Positions 18,931-29,097 of a stretch of 64,000 nucleotides of DNA are shown here, one piece after another. Within the stretch, counting starts at the first letter, position 1. Each line of letters opens with the position of its first letter. Location of the stretch: the NCBI GenBank assembly GCA_964291285.2, contig OZ219787.1, positions 1,504,001 to 1,568,000 on the forward strand, given 5' to 3'. The notes under the pieces were generated by a model that did no database searches, had not been told where the DNA came from, and worked only from the letters and a program-made list of their open reading frames with translations. The DNA is from Alphaproteobacteria bacterium (GTDB lineage: Bacteria; Pseudomonadota; Alphaproteobacteria; Bin95). Both the position numbers and the translations under genes were made by a program.

Positions 18931-20463
18931 TCATGGGGTCCAGCATAGGACTTTCTGGGTGCGGGCCTCTGAGCGTATCCGGCAAAGCGCTTCGCCCACT
19001 TGCAGGCCGGTCAGGGAGACGGTGCTGCCGAAGATGCGCTTCGTCGGACCCGGTCTGGCTTGGGTATTGAAGGCTAGGGTCATGCCCATATTGTCCAAGT
19101 AGCCATCCTCGGCACCATCGAAGTCGTCAGGGGATTGCGATATCAACATGAGGGACCCACCCTTCGATCGACTCATTCGGACGAGATTGCCAAGAGCCGG
19201 AAGCTTTGTCGACAGGATTACATGGGCTTCGTCGAGCATGGTCAGATGGCGGAGCTCGCGCGCACCCTGGTTGTCGGTGGGTGCGTCTGGTTGAGAGTTG
19301 ATCCAACGGTCCAAGGCATCAAGGGTCAAGTTGATGATAAGTCGCCGCATTTCCGGGGATCCGTCTTGTGGAAGCTGGATGATCCAGCTTCTTGCAAAGA
19401 ACGCGGCTGGGGAAAGGTCGGGCTTGAAGAGGGCGAACTGGGTCAGTTCGTTCAACGTCGCCGTCAACTCATCGGCTTTCCGCCCACGATCCTCGTACTC
19501 CGATTCCACTGCCATCGCGACGTCCGGCAGATTTGCTGGGGCATCCGCCGAACTGTGACGAAGGACGGATGCGACTGCTTCCCTCAGCGCTTCTGACTGG
19601 ACGCCGCTGGGCTTGCGTACCTTCACCGCGGCGATCGAGTCCCGAATGCGGGCGGCGGCGGTTTTGATGGATGTGTCATCACTGGACGAAACATGCAGCA
19701 CGTCCAATGGGATTGCCATCTCCGGGGGGATGATTGACGTGGCTCCGAAGCTCTGCGTGAAGCTGTCGATGAGGTCGCCCTTGAAGTCGAATGCCAGGAG
19801 CGGAAGCTCGCAGTGTCGGCGCAATGTGCGCAGCATGTGGACGGCGGTCCTGGTTTTGCCGGAACCGACACCGCCCATGATGGCTATGTGGGGGCTGCCG
19901 CCTGCCCCGTTCACCGAAAACGTGACATGCTCGTTCGACCTGAGATCACGAGCGATTTCGCCCACGGGCAATCGGACTTCTCCAGCGTAGGTGGACGCCG
20001 CGGCATCTGGCGGGGCATCGTCGCGCCGATCACCGTCTCCAGCAAAGCTCGCGAGTTCAGCGAGGCGCGCGACAAAGCCCCCCATCTGCTGGTCGCCGTC
20101 GCTCCAGTCCTGCCTGAGAAGCAACGCACCCCTGTGCCAATGGCGTGTGACCAATTCTTGCAGGACCCTCTTGGTCATTTCAGTGTCGCGGCTGTGCTGC
20201 GTGATGAGAGCCAACCATGCGGCAGCGTGTGCGTCCTCTCCGAAGAGTTGCATGCCGCGCAACGGGATCGCCATGTCCTCGCTGTCTTCATCCTTCAATT
20301 CAGGTGGCTGCTCAGGGAGTGACAGCGATCTACCCACGGCCAGCCGGGCGGCGACATATCGATGCTTCCAACCCAACTTCGCGGTGAGGTCGGCGCAAAT
20401 GTTGTCCGCGGTTCGGGTCGTCCGAAATGTCGATGTCGCAAGATCCAGAATGCCGATAACCAT
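18931..20463 (-). CDS. DndE-like domain fused to a HerA/FtsK (DUF87)-like ATPase
   Basis: N-terminus ARLAVGRSL...RHWHRGALLL resembles DndE; C-terminal PHIAIMGGVGSGKT Walker A, FDFKGD, MLDEAH Walker B, SRSKG, LISQS. Confidence 0.75.
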   Translation of the reverse strand: MVIGILDLATSTFRTTRTADNICADLTAKLGWKHRYVAARLAVGRSLSLPEQPPELKDEDSEDMAIPLRGMQLFGEDAHAAAWLALITQHSRDTEMTKRVLQELVTRHWHRGALLLRQDWSDGDQQMGGFVARLAELASFAGDGDRRDDAPPDAAASTYAGEVRLPVGEIARDLRSNEHVTFSVNGAGGSPHIAIMGGVGSGKTRTAVHMLRTLRRHCELPLLAFDFKGDLIDSFTQSFGATSIIPPEMAIPLDVLHVSSSDDTSIKTAAARIRDSIAAVKVRKPSGVQSEALREAVASVLRHSSADAPANLPDVAMAVESEYEDRGRKADELTATLNELTQFALFKPDLSPAAFFARSWIIQLPQDGSPEMRRLIINLTLDALDRWINSQPDAPTDNQGARELRHLTMLDEAHVILSTKLPALGNLVRMSRSKGGSLMLISQSPDDFDGAEDGYLDNMGMTLAFNTQARPGPTKRIFGSTVSLTGLQVGEALCRIRSEARTQKVLCWTP

Positions 20464-20465
20464 CT

Positions 20466-22541
20466 CTATATGTGCTCCGGATCGAGCCTGTGGACGCTCG
20501 TTACGGCTATGCCCTTGTCGGTGCGGACCTTCAATTCGAAGGCAGCCACCAAACGCTCTCTGATCGCATCGAGTTTGTCGTCGATGATCTCTTCGTCAGT
20601 GGACAGGAGAATTACCTGGCCCGGTCGGTCCGTGAACGTGTTGAGGACGCCGATCCTTTGCGCCCGGCTCAGCCGCGCTAAGGGTGTGTCCACAACGAAC
20701 GGAAATATTCGGCCGCTGACTCTTGTAATCGCCGTAATGAGAGCCTGAGTAAACACTTGGCTGGCGCCCGCGGACTTGTCGACCTCGTGCAGATCCTCAT
20801 CGTCTCCGGTCAGCATTCTCACCTCGCAGTCAGGGGTGATTTCGATCCGGTTCACCCGATCCGACAGGTGAGCCATCGCCTTCCAGGCCCGAGTCATTTC
20901 CTTGGCGACCTCGCCAATCTCGCTCGGTAACGCGTCTTTGAGGACGTTCTGGATGAGGTCTGCGTATCGATCAGCGTAGTCAGCCCGCCGTAATGCGGGC
21001 GCGCTGGCACCTTGGCGTGACATGTAGCGTCCGAGTTCCGCTCGCTTCTGGGCAAGTTCCGCTTCCTTGCCCTGGATGGCACGATCAGCCTCATTTCTCT
21101 GGGACTTGTAGTGCCCCATCTGTTCGGAGAGCTCCCTCAATCGCATCGTAAGCCGCTCGACTTCCGGCGCCGTCGACTCGAGCTCCTGCCATTCACGCTT
21201 CACGGAATCGGCGCGTTCGACGGCGATACGGAATCGTTCCTCCTGGCCGGCGACTTCTCCTTCGGTGTGATTGTCCAGCGACAGCAGGCGTTCGATCGCC
21301 CGGTCGCGCATCGTGCCATTGAGAGACGGATGGCGATAGTTCTCGGGACAGCCCTCCGGAGCCGGATGCCACAGGGCGTCCCAAGCCTCTTTGCCTGCTT
21401 CGACAACGGCGAGGCGATGGCCTTCATCGAGTGGAGGGTCGAGCGCCGAGACACGACGCCCAAGTTCGAGGGCGAAGCGGTCGAGATTCTGAGCGCCTTC
21501 GTTGCGACCTGCCTCCCATCGCTCACGTTTTGCTTCCGCCTCCAGCCGTTCGCGTGTGCGCTTCCGGAGTTCGGGACCCGCAACCGCCAGCGCGACATCT
21601 TCCTGGATGAGGGCCAGCAGTGCGTCCATGGCGCGCTGCGCTTCGTCCCGATGCCGTTGTTCGGCCTGCATGAGCTTTCCGACCATTGCGGTCGTGCCTT
21701 CGCCACGGCCGCCGATGGCTTGGGTCAGCTCGTCGATCTCGGCTGTAAGTCCGGGCAGAACCGTCGCCGCCTCGTTGAGGCGATCCTGCTCCTTGACTAT
21801 GGCTTCCGAAATCTCGGCGACATCGGCCTCCACCTTCATGACTGTGCTGTCGGTCGGTGCGGCCGCAGAGGTGCGTCGTTGTTGCGCATAGGTCTCGAGT
21901 GAAGACTTCAGGTTCCGCAGGATGGGGAGACCGAGCAGGCCCTCGATCCCGAGACGGACTTGTTCGCCCATTTCGCGATTTGCATAGCGCTGCACCTGTT
22001 CGCCGTCGAAGAGAAAGAACTCGGCGAGACTGGGGTGCAGGAAGCGTTGCGCTATCCAGTCACGGAACCATCCGTCACGATTCTCGATTCCGGATGGGGG
22101 TATGACGGGTTCCCTGGCCAAGCCGTGAAAAATGGTGAGGTCATCGTCGCTCGGCTTATGTTGACGGTTCTGGCGAAAATGCCAGATCCGCGTGAGCTCG
22201 ATCGGATCTCCGCTGTCGTCCTCGACCTCAATCGACACGGAGCATTTTGCCGGCCCGGTCTCTGTGGCCCGATAGTGAAGGGTGTTGCTGAGAAACTGGC
22301 TGTAGCTGGCCTTGAAGCGGTCGACGGCGTCGCCATGGGCGACTGCCCGGGCGCGGGGCACGAGGACCAGCCCGTCGCGTCCGAACAATCCCAGCGTTAT
22401 GGCCTCAAAGAAAGAAGTCTTCCCGTACTCGTTGGGCGCCCTGATAAGTATGACATTCCGGTGGCCATGCGGGGTTGGAAAGTCAAAGCGAGCATGCCTG
22501 TAGGAGCGCCAATTGATCAATTCGACCGAACGGAGGTGCAT
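20466..22541 (-). CDS. dndD: DNA sulfur modification protein DndD (SMC-like ABC ATPase)
   Basis: NWRSY, PNEYGKTS, FFLFDGEQ, coiled coil, SAG signature, VVDTPLARL; adjacent to dndC. Confidence 0.85.
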   Translation of the reverse strand: MHLRSVELINWRSYRHARFDFPTPHGHRNVILIRAPNEYGKTSFFEAITLGLFGRDGLVLVPRARAVAHGDAVDRFKASYSQFLSNTLHYRATETGPAKCSVSIEVEDDSGDPIELTRIWHFRQNRQHKPSDDDLTIFHGLAREPVIPPSGIENRDGWFRDWIAQRFLHPSLAEFFLFDGEQVQRYANREMGEQVRLGIEGLLGLPILRNLKSSLETYAQQRRTSAAAPTDSTVMKVEADVAEISEAIVKEQDRLNEAATVLPGLTAEIDELTQAIGGRGEGTTAMVGKLMQAEQRHRDEAQRAMDALLALIQEDVALAVAGPELRKRTRERLEAEAKRERWEAGRNEGAQNLDRFALELGRRVSALDPPLDEGHRLAVVEAGKEAWDALWHPAPEGCPENYRHPSLNGTMRDRAIERLLSLDNHTEGEVAGQEERFRIAVERADSVKREWQELESTAPEVERLTMRLRELSEQMGHYKSQRNEADRAIQGKEAELAQKRAELGRYMSRQGASAPALRRADYADRYADLIQNVLKDALPSEIGEVAKEMTRAWKAMAHLSDRVNRIEITPDCEVRMLTGDDEDLHEVDKSAGASQVFTQALITAITRVSGRIFPFVVDTPLARLSRAQRIGVLNTFTDRPGQVILLSTDEEIIDDKLDAIRERLVAAFELKVRTDKGIAVTSVHRLDPEHI

Positions 22542-22756
22542 TAATCTTCCGTTTCGGGCTCGATGTTGTCAAAAATCTCGTTAAACGCTTCCGTTATCCC
22601 GCGTTTTCGAAGCTTGCCCTGCTGATCCATCTCTATAGCGATCAACTGTTCGAGCACACCTAGATCAAGGTCTGCTTCCCTGCACTTCGAACGGACGAGC
22701 TTTCTGCCTGCTTCACTACGAAGGAGTACGACATCGCCATGGCCGCTCGGCATCAC
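22541..22756 (-). CDS. small protein associated with Dnd modification
   Basis: 71 aa, coupled to both dndC and dndD; LEQLIAIE...RKRGI resembles the C-terminal segment of canonical DndC. Confidence 0.7.
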   Translation of the reverse strand: MMPSGHGDVVLLRSEAGRKLVRSKCREADLDLGVLEQLIAIEMDQQGKLRKRGITEAFNEIFDNIEPETED

Positions 22757-24000
22757 GCGCCTCCGGTGGCCACGGTGCGCTGCGCTTCCGCATTTCGTTC
22801 TGCACTGACAATCACATCCTCCACCCAGAGCTCCCGTATGCGTTCGATTTCGGATCGGGCAATCAAGACCATTTCCGATTGTGCTTGGAGCGCTAGCAAT
22901 CGATCAAGAATTTCGCGTCTGGTTGCCATGTTGAACGGACCGGGCACGAATACACCCTTCTTGGTGATCGTGACGCGCCCATTGCGGCGCCGGGCAAGAC
23001 GGCGCGAGGGGTCATTGCGAATCTCCACGAGCCAGTCGCGAAACTTGAGCAGCGGCATGAATTGATCGAAACCGGAATCGACGAAGCCCGCCAGGCTCTT
23101 GTCCTTCTCGACGACCGTGCACGTCCAGCACCCGAAACGAGAAGACCTCGTGCCACACGAAGGCACGTCGGCCGTGGAAGTCACGACTGGGCATTCGCCG
23201 CCGCCCGCGTCCCGATAGAGCTGGATCAATCGATCGTGGCTGCCGCCCCAGGGAGGTTTGTTCTCTGCGAGAAATTCCCAAACATCGTCGGTGTCGAGTT
23301 CGAGGATAGGTCGAAACACCAAACAGCCCGGAAGATCGTTGTGCCGGTTCAGTCGCGAACCGTTATCGTAGCGTGCCGCCACGCCCGCCCGCGTGGCGCT
23401 CTCTTTTCTGCGCACGCCAAGGAGAAGGATCACTTCGCCCGAGGTGTTCGCCTGCTTCCGAATGTAGTTGCTGGTCGGCTGGATCTTCATTCGATCGGTG
23501 CACCAGCGGAAGTTGCGGTTGGGTGAGGCATAGCCGCGGCCGATCAGATTGACCCAGAATGTCTGATTCGGTTCGGGCGTGGTCGTGGCAACAACCACGG
23601 GCAAGTCGAATGCCCGTGCTGCCTTCTCGATCTCCGCGAGGCCGATCCTGACATGTTCCATAACCAACGGACTCTCGACGAGCGTGTCGTTCGCGACGAC
23701 ATGGACGGCCCGCGTTCGTTCGCTGCGTGGCAAAGAGACCAAGTGCTCGACAACGAGGTGCGCGACGAGGGTACTGTCCTTGCCGCCGGAGAATCCGACT
23801 ATCCATGGCTTGCCATGAGGCTCAGCGTATTCCTCCTGAATCTGTTGTCGGATGAAGGCAAGGGTGTCGTCGGAGGCGGATTGGGGAGGGTACGTCGGGG
23901 ACCGCGTGTCCATGTTGCTGGACGACGCCGGAGGCTCTGATGCGACGATATGCAACATCCTGTCGAGGCGGTTCTGAGCCGGGAGGGTATCCACACTCAT
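22753..24000 (-). CDS. dndC: DNA phosphorothioation sulfurtransferase DndC (PAPS reductase family)
   Basis: GFSGGKDST, NDTLVE, FRWCTDRMKI, LGVR..ES, GECP, SRFGCWTCTVV. Confidence 0.93.
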   Translation of the reverse strand: MSVDTLPAQNRLDRMLHIVASEPPASSSNMDTRSPTYPPQSASDDTLAFIRQQIQEEYAEPHGKPWIVGFSGGKDSTLVAHLVVEHLVSLPRSERTRAVHVVANDTLVESPLVMEHVRIGLAEIEKAARAFDLPVVVATTTPEPNQTFWVNLIGRGYASPNRNFRWCTDRMKIQPTSNYIRKQANTSGEVILLLGVRRKESATRAGVAARYDNGSRLNRHNDLPGCLVFRPILELDTDDVWEFLAENKPPWGGSHDRLIQLYRDAGGGECPVVTSTADVPSCGTRSSRFGCWTCTVVEKDKSLAGFVDSGFDQFMPLLKFRDWLVEIRNDPSRRLARRRNGRVTITKKGVFVPGPFNMATRREILDRLLALQAQSEMVLIARSEIERIRELWVEDVIVSAERNAEAQRTVATGGA

Positions 24001-24344
24001 GCGCGTGCCGTCGGCGACAGGACAGGGCCCCGAAGCTGACCGTCCCGCCCCTGAAGTGTGTACGGAGTGTCAGCGCTTGATCGTCTCGTGGCGGCCACGA
24101 TCATTTGTTCGGCCAAGTCCAGGCTGTCGCGATGGCAACCGTCAGCCGCCCGGATCTTGTCATCGGCGGCTTCGAGGTGGATTTCCTTGGTTGCAGCACG
24201 CCCTTCGAAGACAGGCGCGCTTCGATTGCGAGAGAACCCGTATGCCCGGTCGAGGATTCGCGCACGTTCAACTTTGACCTCTCTGCATGTGAAGCCGCGT
24301 TTCACATACGTGAGTTCGGCGAGCAGTTTACACGACGCCCTCAT
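23997..24344 (-). CDS. hypothetical ORF upstream of dndC
   Basis: ATGA overlap with the dndC start; no recognisable motif. Confidence 0.3.
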   Translation of the reverse strand: MRASCKLLAELTYVKRGFTCREVKVERARILDRAYGFSRNRSAPVFEGRAATKEIHLEAADDKIRAADGCHRDSLDLAEQMIVAATRRSSADTPYTLQGRDGQLRGPVLSPTARA

Positions 24345-24651
24345 CTAGAAGCAACCTCAACTGCCGGATTTAGGATCAACAGGCATCTCGACCATATGGT
24401 GAGGCGTGTGCGCTGTTTGGAAGTTCTTTCTGAGCAAGGCATTGCGGAGGGTCTGGATTTTTCTTACCCCGTCAGGATGGCTGATTTCCGGGGTTTTTGC
24501 GGTTTGGAGGGAAAGGTTTTGTGGATTTCCACCCCATGGCCGTGCGCGGGCTGGTTTTCGGGCGCGTCGCGTTGAGGCGCGGGACTGAGTAGAAGGTGTC
24601 GCCATCGGGCCTGCGGCCCTTGTTCCATCCACCGGCGCTGGTTGGGAGAAC

Positions 24652-25989
24652 ATGATGGCGACAGCGGAGAAGTTAGCCTTTTCGTGGTGGTCTGTGGAGG
24701 GCCTTGCGGACCTTGAGCGTCTGCGTGTGGTGCTCGACACGCTTCCCGACGAGAAGGTTGTGGCTGCGCTTGAGGCGGGTCGCGGTCGCGGGCGGAACGA
24801 CTATCCGGTACGGGCGATGTGGCGTGCGTTGATCGCGGGGATCGTGTTCCAGCATGCCTCGATGCAGTCGCTGCTGCGTGAGCTGGGCCGCAACCCGGCA
24901 TTGCTTGAGATTTGCGGGTTCGAGGCGCTGCCCTTGCAGGGTGCGCCGGTGGTGGCGCTTTGCGCGGGGCGGGTGGTGAGGTATCCGGCGCCGTTGCGCT
25001 CGACGGTGCCGGGCGCCTGGAACTTCTCGCGGTTCCTGGGGCGCGTGGTGCGCCTTGAGGACGAGCGCGGCCTTGTGTCGGGGATGATCGGGCGTCTGCG
25101 CGCCTCGCTGTTCGAGGAGTTGCCGGACTTCGGTCGCCATCTCGGGTATGACGGCAAGGCGGTGGCGAGCCACTCGACGGGCCGGGTTGCCGGGGCCAGG
25201 GGGCAGACCTCGGACCCCGATGCGGACTGGGGCAGGCACGAGACGGGCGGGGTGAACGCGAAGACCGGCGCGGTGTGGAAGAAGGTGAAGTCGTGGTTCG
25301 GCTACGGGCTGCACCTGATCGCCGACACGGACCACGAGGTTCCTGTGGCCTTCGAGGTGACGCGGGCGTCGGCATCGGAACCCGGGGTGCTGTCCGGGAT
25401 GCTGGAGGAGTTGTTCGCCGAGGCGCCGGAGATGGCCGGGCGCTGCGCCGATTTCAGCGCCGACCGCGGTCTCGACAACGCCCGCCTGAAGGCGCGGCTG
25501 TGGGACAGGTGGCATATCCGCCCGCTGATCGACACGCGCCTGATGTGGCGGGTCGAGAAGAAGGAGCCGGGCCATGACCCGGCCCGGCCGATCACGCGAC
25601 CGCTGTTCCCCGGGCGCGCCGACGTCATCGTTCATGACGAACGCGGCCGGGTGTCCTGCGTGTGCCCGCAGACCGGCGAGGTCCGCGCCATGGCCTTCCA
25701 GGGGTTCGAGGTCGGGCGCGGCGTCTGCGGCACGCTCAAATACCGCTGCCCCGCAGCCGCCTTCGGCTTCGAGTGCAAGGGACGCCGGGCCTGCCATCGG
25801 GCGGGTGGGGTGAAGTCCGGCGAATACGGCCGCATCCTGCGCGTCGACCTCGACAGCCATGACCGGCGTATCTTCACGCCCACGCCCTGGGGCAGCCCGT
25901 CATGGCGGCGCGGATACAACCGGCGCACCGCCATGGAGCGGATCAACGCCCGCCTCGACCGCAGCTTCAACTTCGAGACCCATTACATC
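24652..25989 (+). pseudogene. IS1182/IS5-like DDE transposase (DUF772-type N-terminus), 3' end truncated by IS66
   Basis: GRNDYP, YDGK, DPDADWG, FGYGLHL, SADRGLD, YNRRTAMERINARL; the frame runs into the IS66 end at 25990. Confidence 0.8.
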
Positions 25990-26018
25990 GTAAGCGGTGC
26001 GGGGGAGGCACCCGGCTT

Positions 26019-27638
26019 TCAGCTTGACGGCGTCTGGAAGTTCCAGGGCAGGAGTTCGTCGATGCGGCTGTTGGGATGACCTGCCGCGATCTTTTCGAGC
26101 GTGATCTTGAGCCAGGCGTAGGGCTCGACACCGTTCATCTTCGCCGTCTCGATGAGCGAGCCGATGCGGCCCCAGGAGCGCGCGCCCTCGTCGTGGCCGG
26201 CGAACAACGCATTTTTCGCGGTGAGCTTGATCGGCCGGATCCGATTTTCGACGAAGTTGCTGTCCATCTCGACGCGCCCGTCGTGCAGGAAGACCAGCAG
26301 CCCGTCCCACTGGTTGGCGATGTAGGTCAACTTCTCGCCGAGGCGGGACTTGGGCGAGACGCGCGAGCGCTGCTCGTCGAGCCACACCCCGAAGGCGTTC
26401 ACCAGCGGCGCGGACCCGGTCCAGCGGACGAACTGGCGCGTCGCCGGCTCCTCACCCCGGATCCTGTCCTCGATCCTGTAGAGCTGCGCGATGCGCTCCA
26501 GTCCGGCCTTCGCGATCGGCGAGCGGCTGCTGTCGAACACCGTCTCAAGGCCGCGCCTGGCGTGTGCCCAACAGGCACAGAGCGTCAGCGCCCCGCCCGG
26601 GCGATCCGCCCGGCCGAGCCGGTTGTGGCCGGCATAGCCGTCGACCTGCACCGATCCCTGGAAGCCCTCGAGGAGCTTCTCGCCATGCTTGCCGCTGCGC
26701 CCGGGCGCATACTCATACGCCACCCCCGGCGGGTCCGCCCCGGACCAGGCCCGCTGGTCGCGCACCATGGTCCACAGATAGCCGGTTTTGGTCTTGCCCC
26801 GGCCCGGGTCGAGAACCCGAACCGTGGTTTCGTCCAGACCCAGGGTGCTCGACGTCTTCAGCGCCGTCTTCAGGCGCTCATACACGGGGCGCAAGTGGAA
26901 CGCCGCCTTGCCGACCCAGCCGGCCAGCGTCGAGCGGTCCAGTTGCAGCCCCGAGCGGGCATAGATCCGGGCCTGGCGGTACAGCGGAAGGTGGTCGGCA
27001 TATTTGGAGATCAGGACATGGGCGATGGCGCCTTCGGTCGGCAGCCCACCCTCGATCAGCCGCGCCGGCGCCGGCGCCTGGGTAACGCCTTCCTCGCACT
27101 TGCGGCAGGCGTATTTCGGGCGCACCGTGACGATCACCCGCAACTGCGCCGGCACGATGTCGAGCCTCTCGGCGCGGTCCTCGCCGATCTTCACCATCTC
27201 CCCGCAGCCGCAGGGGCACAGCGTGCTCTCCGGCTCGATCACCTGCTCGATCCGTTCCAGGTGCTCCGGCAAATGGCCGAGATTGCGCTCCGGGCGGGGC
27301 TTCCTCGGTGCGCGCGGCGGCGACGGATTGTCGGCCGCGGCCTGTGCTTCCCCCTCCGCAGACGCGCCCTCCAGCTCCTCGAACGCCAGCTGGCGCTCGT
27401 CCGCCGACAGCTTCTCCGACCTCTTGCCATACACAAGGCGGACCAGTTCGAGGTTCAGATGCTCCAGACGGCGGATGCGCGCCGACAGCGCCTCATTCTC
27501 ACCCGCGAGGCAGACCTTCTCTTCCGTCAGCGTCCTGTTCTCGGTGCGAAGCGTCTCCAGCGCCGCAAGCGCCTGCCTCGCAGCAGACGCCTGTTCGGGC
27601 GTCAGCGTGTCGAGGTCCATCTCCGCAAGCGCTGCCAT
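26019..27638 (-). CDS. tnpC: IS66 transposase TnpC
   Basis: GKRSEK, CPCGC, KYADHLPLYRQ, DET, DGYAG, CWAHARR, ELLPWN. Confidence 0.95.
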   Translation of the reverse strand: MAALAEMDLDTLTPEQASAARQALAALETLRTENRTLTEEKVCLAGENEALSARIRRLEHLNLELVRLVYGKRSEKLSADERQLAFEELEGASAEGEAQAAADNPSPPRAPRKPRPERNLGHLPEHLERIEQVIEPESTLCPCGCGEMVKIGEDRAERLDIVPAQLRVIVTVRPKYACRKCEEGVTQAPAPARLIEGGLPTEGAIAHVLISKYADHLPLYRQARIYARSGLQLDRSTLAGWVGKAAFHLRPVYERLKTALKTSSTLGLDETTVRVLDPGRGKTKTGYLWTMVRDQRAWSGADPPGVAYEYAPGRSGKHGEKLLEGFQGSVQVDGYAGHNRLGRADRPGGALTLCACWAHARRGLETVFDSSRSPIAKAGLERIAQLYRIEDRIRGEEPATRQFVRWTGSAPLVNAFGVWLDEQRSRVSPKSRLGEKLTYIANQWDGLLVFLHDGRVEMDSNFVENRIRPIKLTAKNALFAGHDEGARSWGRIGSLIETAKMNGVEPYAWLKITLEKIAAGHPNSRIDELLPWNFQTPSS

Positions 27639-27689
27639 GGCCCGCTCGATAGCACAGTGTCGGGGAGCCGGGGGCCCCGATCCGCTGAG

Positions 27690-28043
27690 TCATTCCGCCT
27701 CAGCCGGGGCCCGGACGGACAGCGCCCGAACACGACGCCAGTCCAGCCCGCAGAACAGCGCCTCGAACTGTGCATGGTTCAGCGTCATGACACCGTCGCG
27801 GATCGCAGGCCACACGAAGCCCTGATCCTCCAGACGCTTGTAGACCATCACCAACCCGGTCCCGTCATGGAAGACGAGCTTCAGCCTGTCGCTTCGTTTT
27901 GCCCTGAAGAGGAAGACCGTTCCCGTGAACGGGTCCTTGCGCAACACGCTCTTCACATGCGCAACAAGGCCGTCGTGCTGCTTCCTGAAGTCCACGGGCT
28001 TCGTCGCAACGACGATCCGCACACGGTTCGATGGGAAGATCAT
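27690..28043 (-). CDS. tnpB: IS66 accessory protein TnpB
   Basis: VDFRK..DGL, YKRLE..GFVWP. Confidence 0.93.
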   Translation of the reverse strand: MIFPSNRVRIVVATKPVDFRKQHDGLVAHVKSVLRKDPFTGTVFLFRAKRSDRLKLVFHDGTGLVMVYKRLEDQGFVWPAIRDGVMTLNHAQFEALFCGLDWRRVRALSVRAPAEAE

Positions 28044-28438
28044 GACGCCGCGTTCAGCGCAGAAACGATCTCCGCCAACCGTCCCGCCGGCACGGCCGCG
28101 TCCAGACGGACCGTAACCCTGTCCATAACGACTTCCAGACGCGCGCCGCTCGCCTCACCGACACCGCTACCCTCCGCCCGGACAACCAGCGGCGCAAACG
28201 CCACTTCCGCCGCAGGCAAAACAAGCCGACCTTCCCGCGCCAGGCGACGCCAGCCCGTCAACTGGTTCGCATGGACGCCATGTCTGCGCGCAACCTCGCG
28301 AACCGTCGCACCCGGCTCCAGCGTCTCCGCCACAATCCGCGCCTTCAAATCATCCGGCCAGCGACGACAACCGCCTCCAACCGGAAGCACTTCTACGCTC
28401 CTGAGTGTCTCAACTGAGCCCAACATTGTGAAACTCAC
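28040..28438 (-). CDS. tnpA: IS66 TnpA (HTH)
   Basis: RRWPDDLKARIVAET..VARRHG..ANQL..WR. Confidence 0.9.
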   Translation of the reverse strand: MSFTMLGSVETLRSVEVLPVGGGCRRWPDDLKARIVAETLEPGATVREVARRHGVHANQLTGWRRLAREGRLVLPAAEVAFAPLVVRAEGSGVGEASGARLEVVMDRVTVRLDAAVPAGRLAEIVSALNAAS

Positions 28439-29097
28439 CTCCTGCTCAAATCACAGAAGGGGAATCCCAAATCACGCCTTCAACTGGAAGGTGGCTCAGC
28501 CGCCCCGCTTACCATTCAAACAGGTGAACCGTGAGGACATTGGGGCACTGCCAATCACGGTTCCGTCCCTCCACGAGCAACGACGGATTGCGGAATTCCT
28601 GGACAAGGCGGACGCGCTACGGGTCAAACGCCAGGCCGCGCTCGTCCAACTCGACACGCTCACGCAGTCCATCTTCATCGACATGTTCGGAGACCCTGCC
28701 AGCAATACAAAGAGGTGGCCTGTCGCGTTGCTGAGAGAAGCCACCGCGCGGATTCAGATCGGCCCCTTTGGATCGCTCTTGCACCAACAGGACTACGTGA
28801 AGGGAGGGATCCCCCTTGTAAACCCCAAACACATTCAACAACGGGCAATCCAGCCTGACCCTTCGGAGACGCTCAGCGCTCGGAAATTTGCTGAACTCGA
28901 CACCTATCATTTGCGGGCCGGTGACGTGGTAATGGGACGCCGAGGTGAAATGGGGCGCTGCGCAATTGTCAACGAGGGCAGCGGCCCGCTGTTGTGTGGT
29001 ACAGGATCGCTGTTCGTTCGACCGGACAATGAACACACCACAAGCCTCTTTCTGCTTTTTCTTCTTTCGAGTGTGGCACTAAGCTCGACTTTGTGCA

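Larger units (their letters stand above)
25990..28512 (-). mobile_element. IS66-family element
   Basis: GTAAGCG...CGCTTAC termini; tnpA/B/C; flanks (ATTACATC vs CATTCAAA) are not duplicated. Confidence 0.93.

Noticed and set aside
23997-24344. dndA (cysteine desulfurase) remnant
   Set aside because: No IscS/NifS motif (e.g. SGSAC, HK..GPKG) in the ORF translation
27690-28043. TnpB as an RNA-guided nuclease
   Set aside because: This is the 117-aa IS66 accessory TnpB, unrelated to IS200/IS605 TnpB
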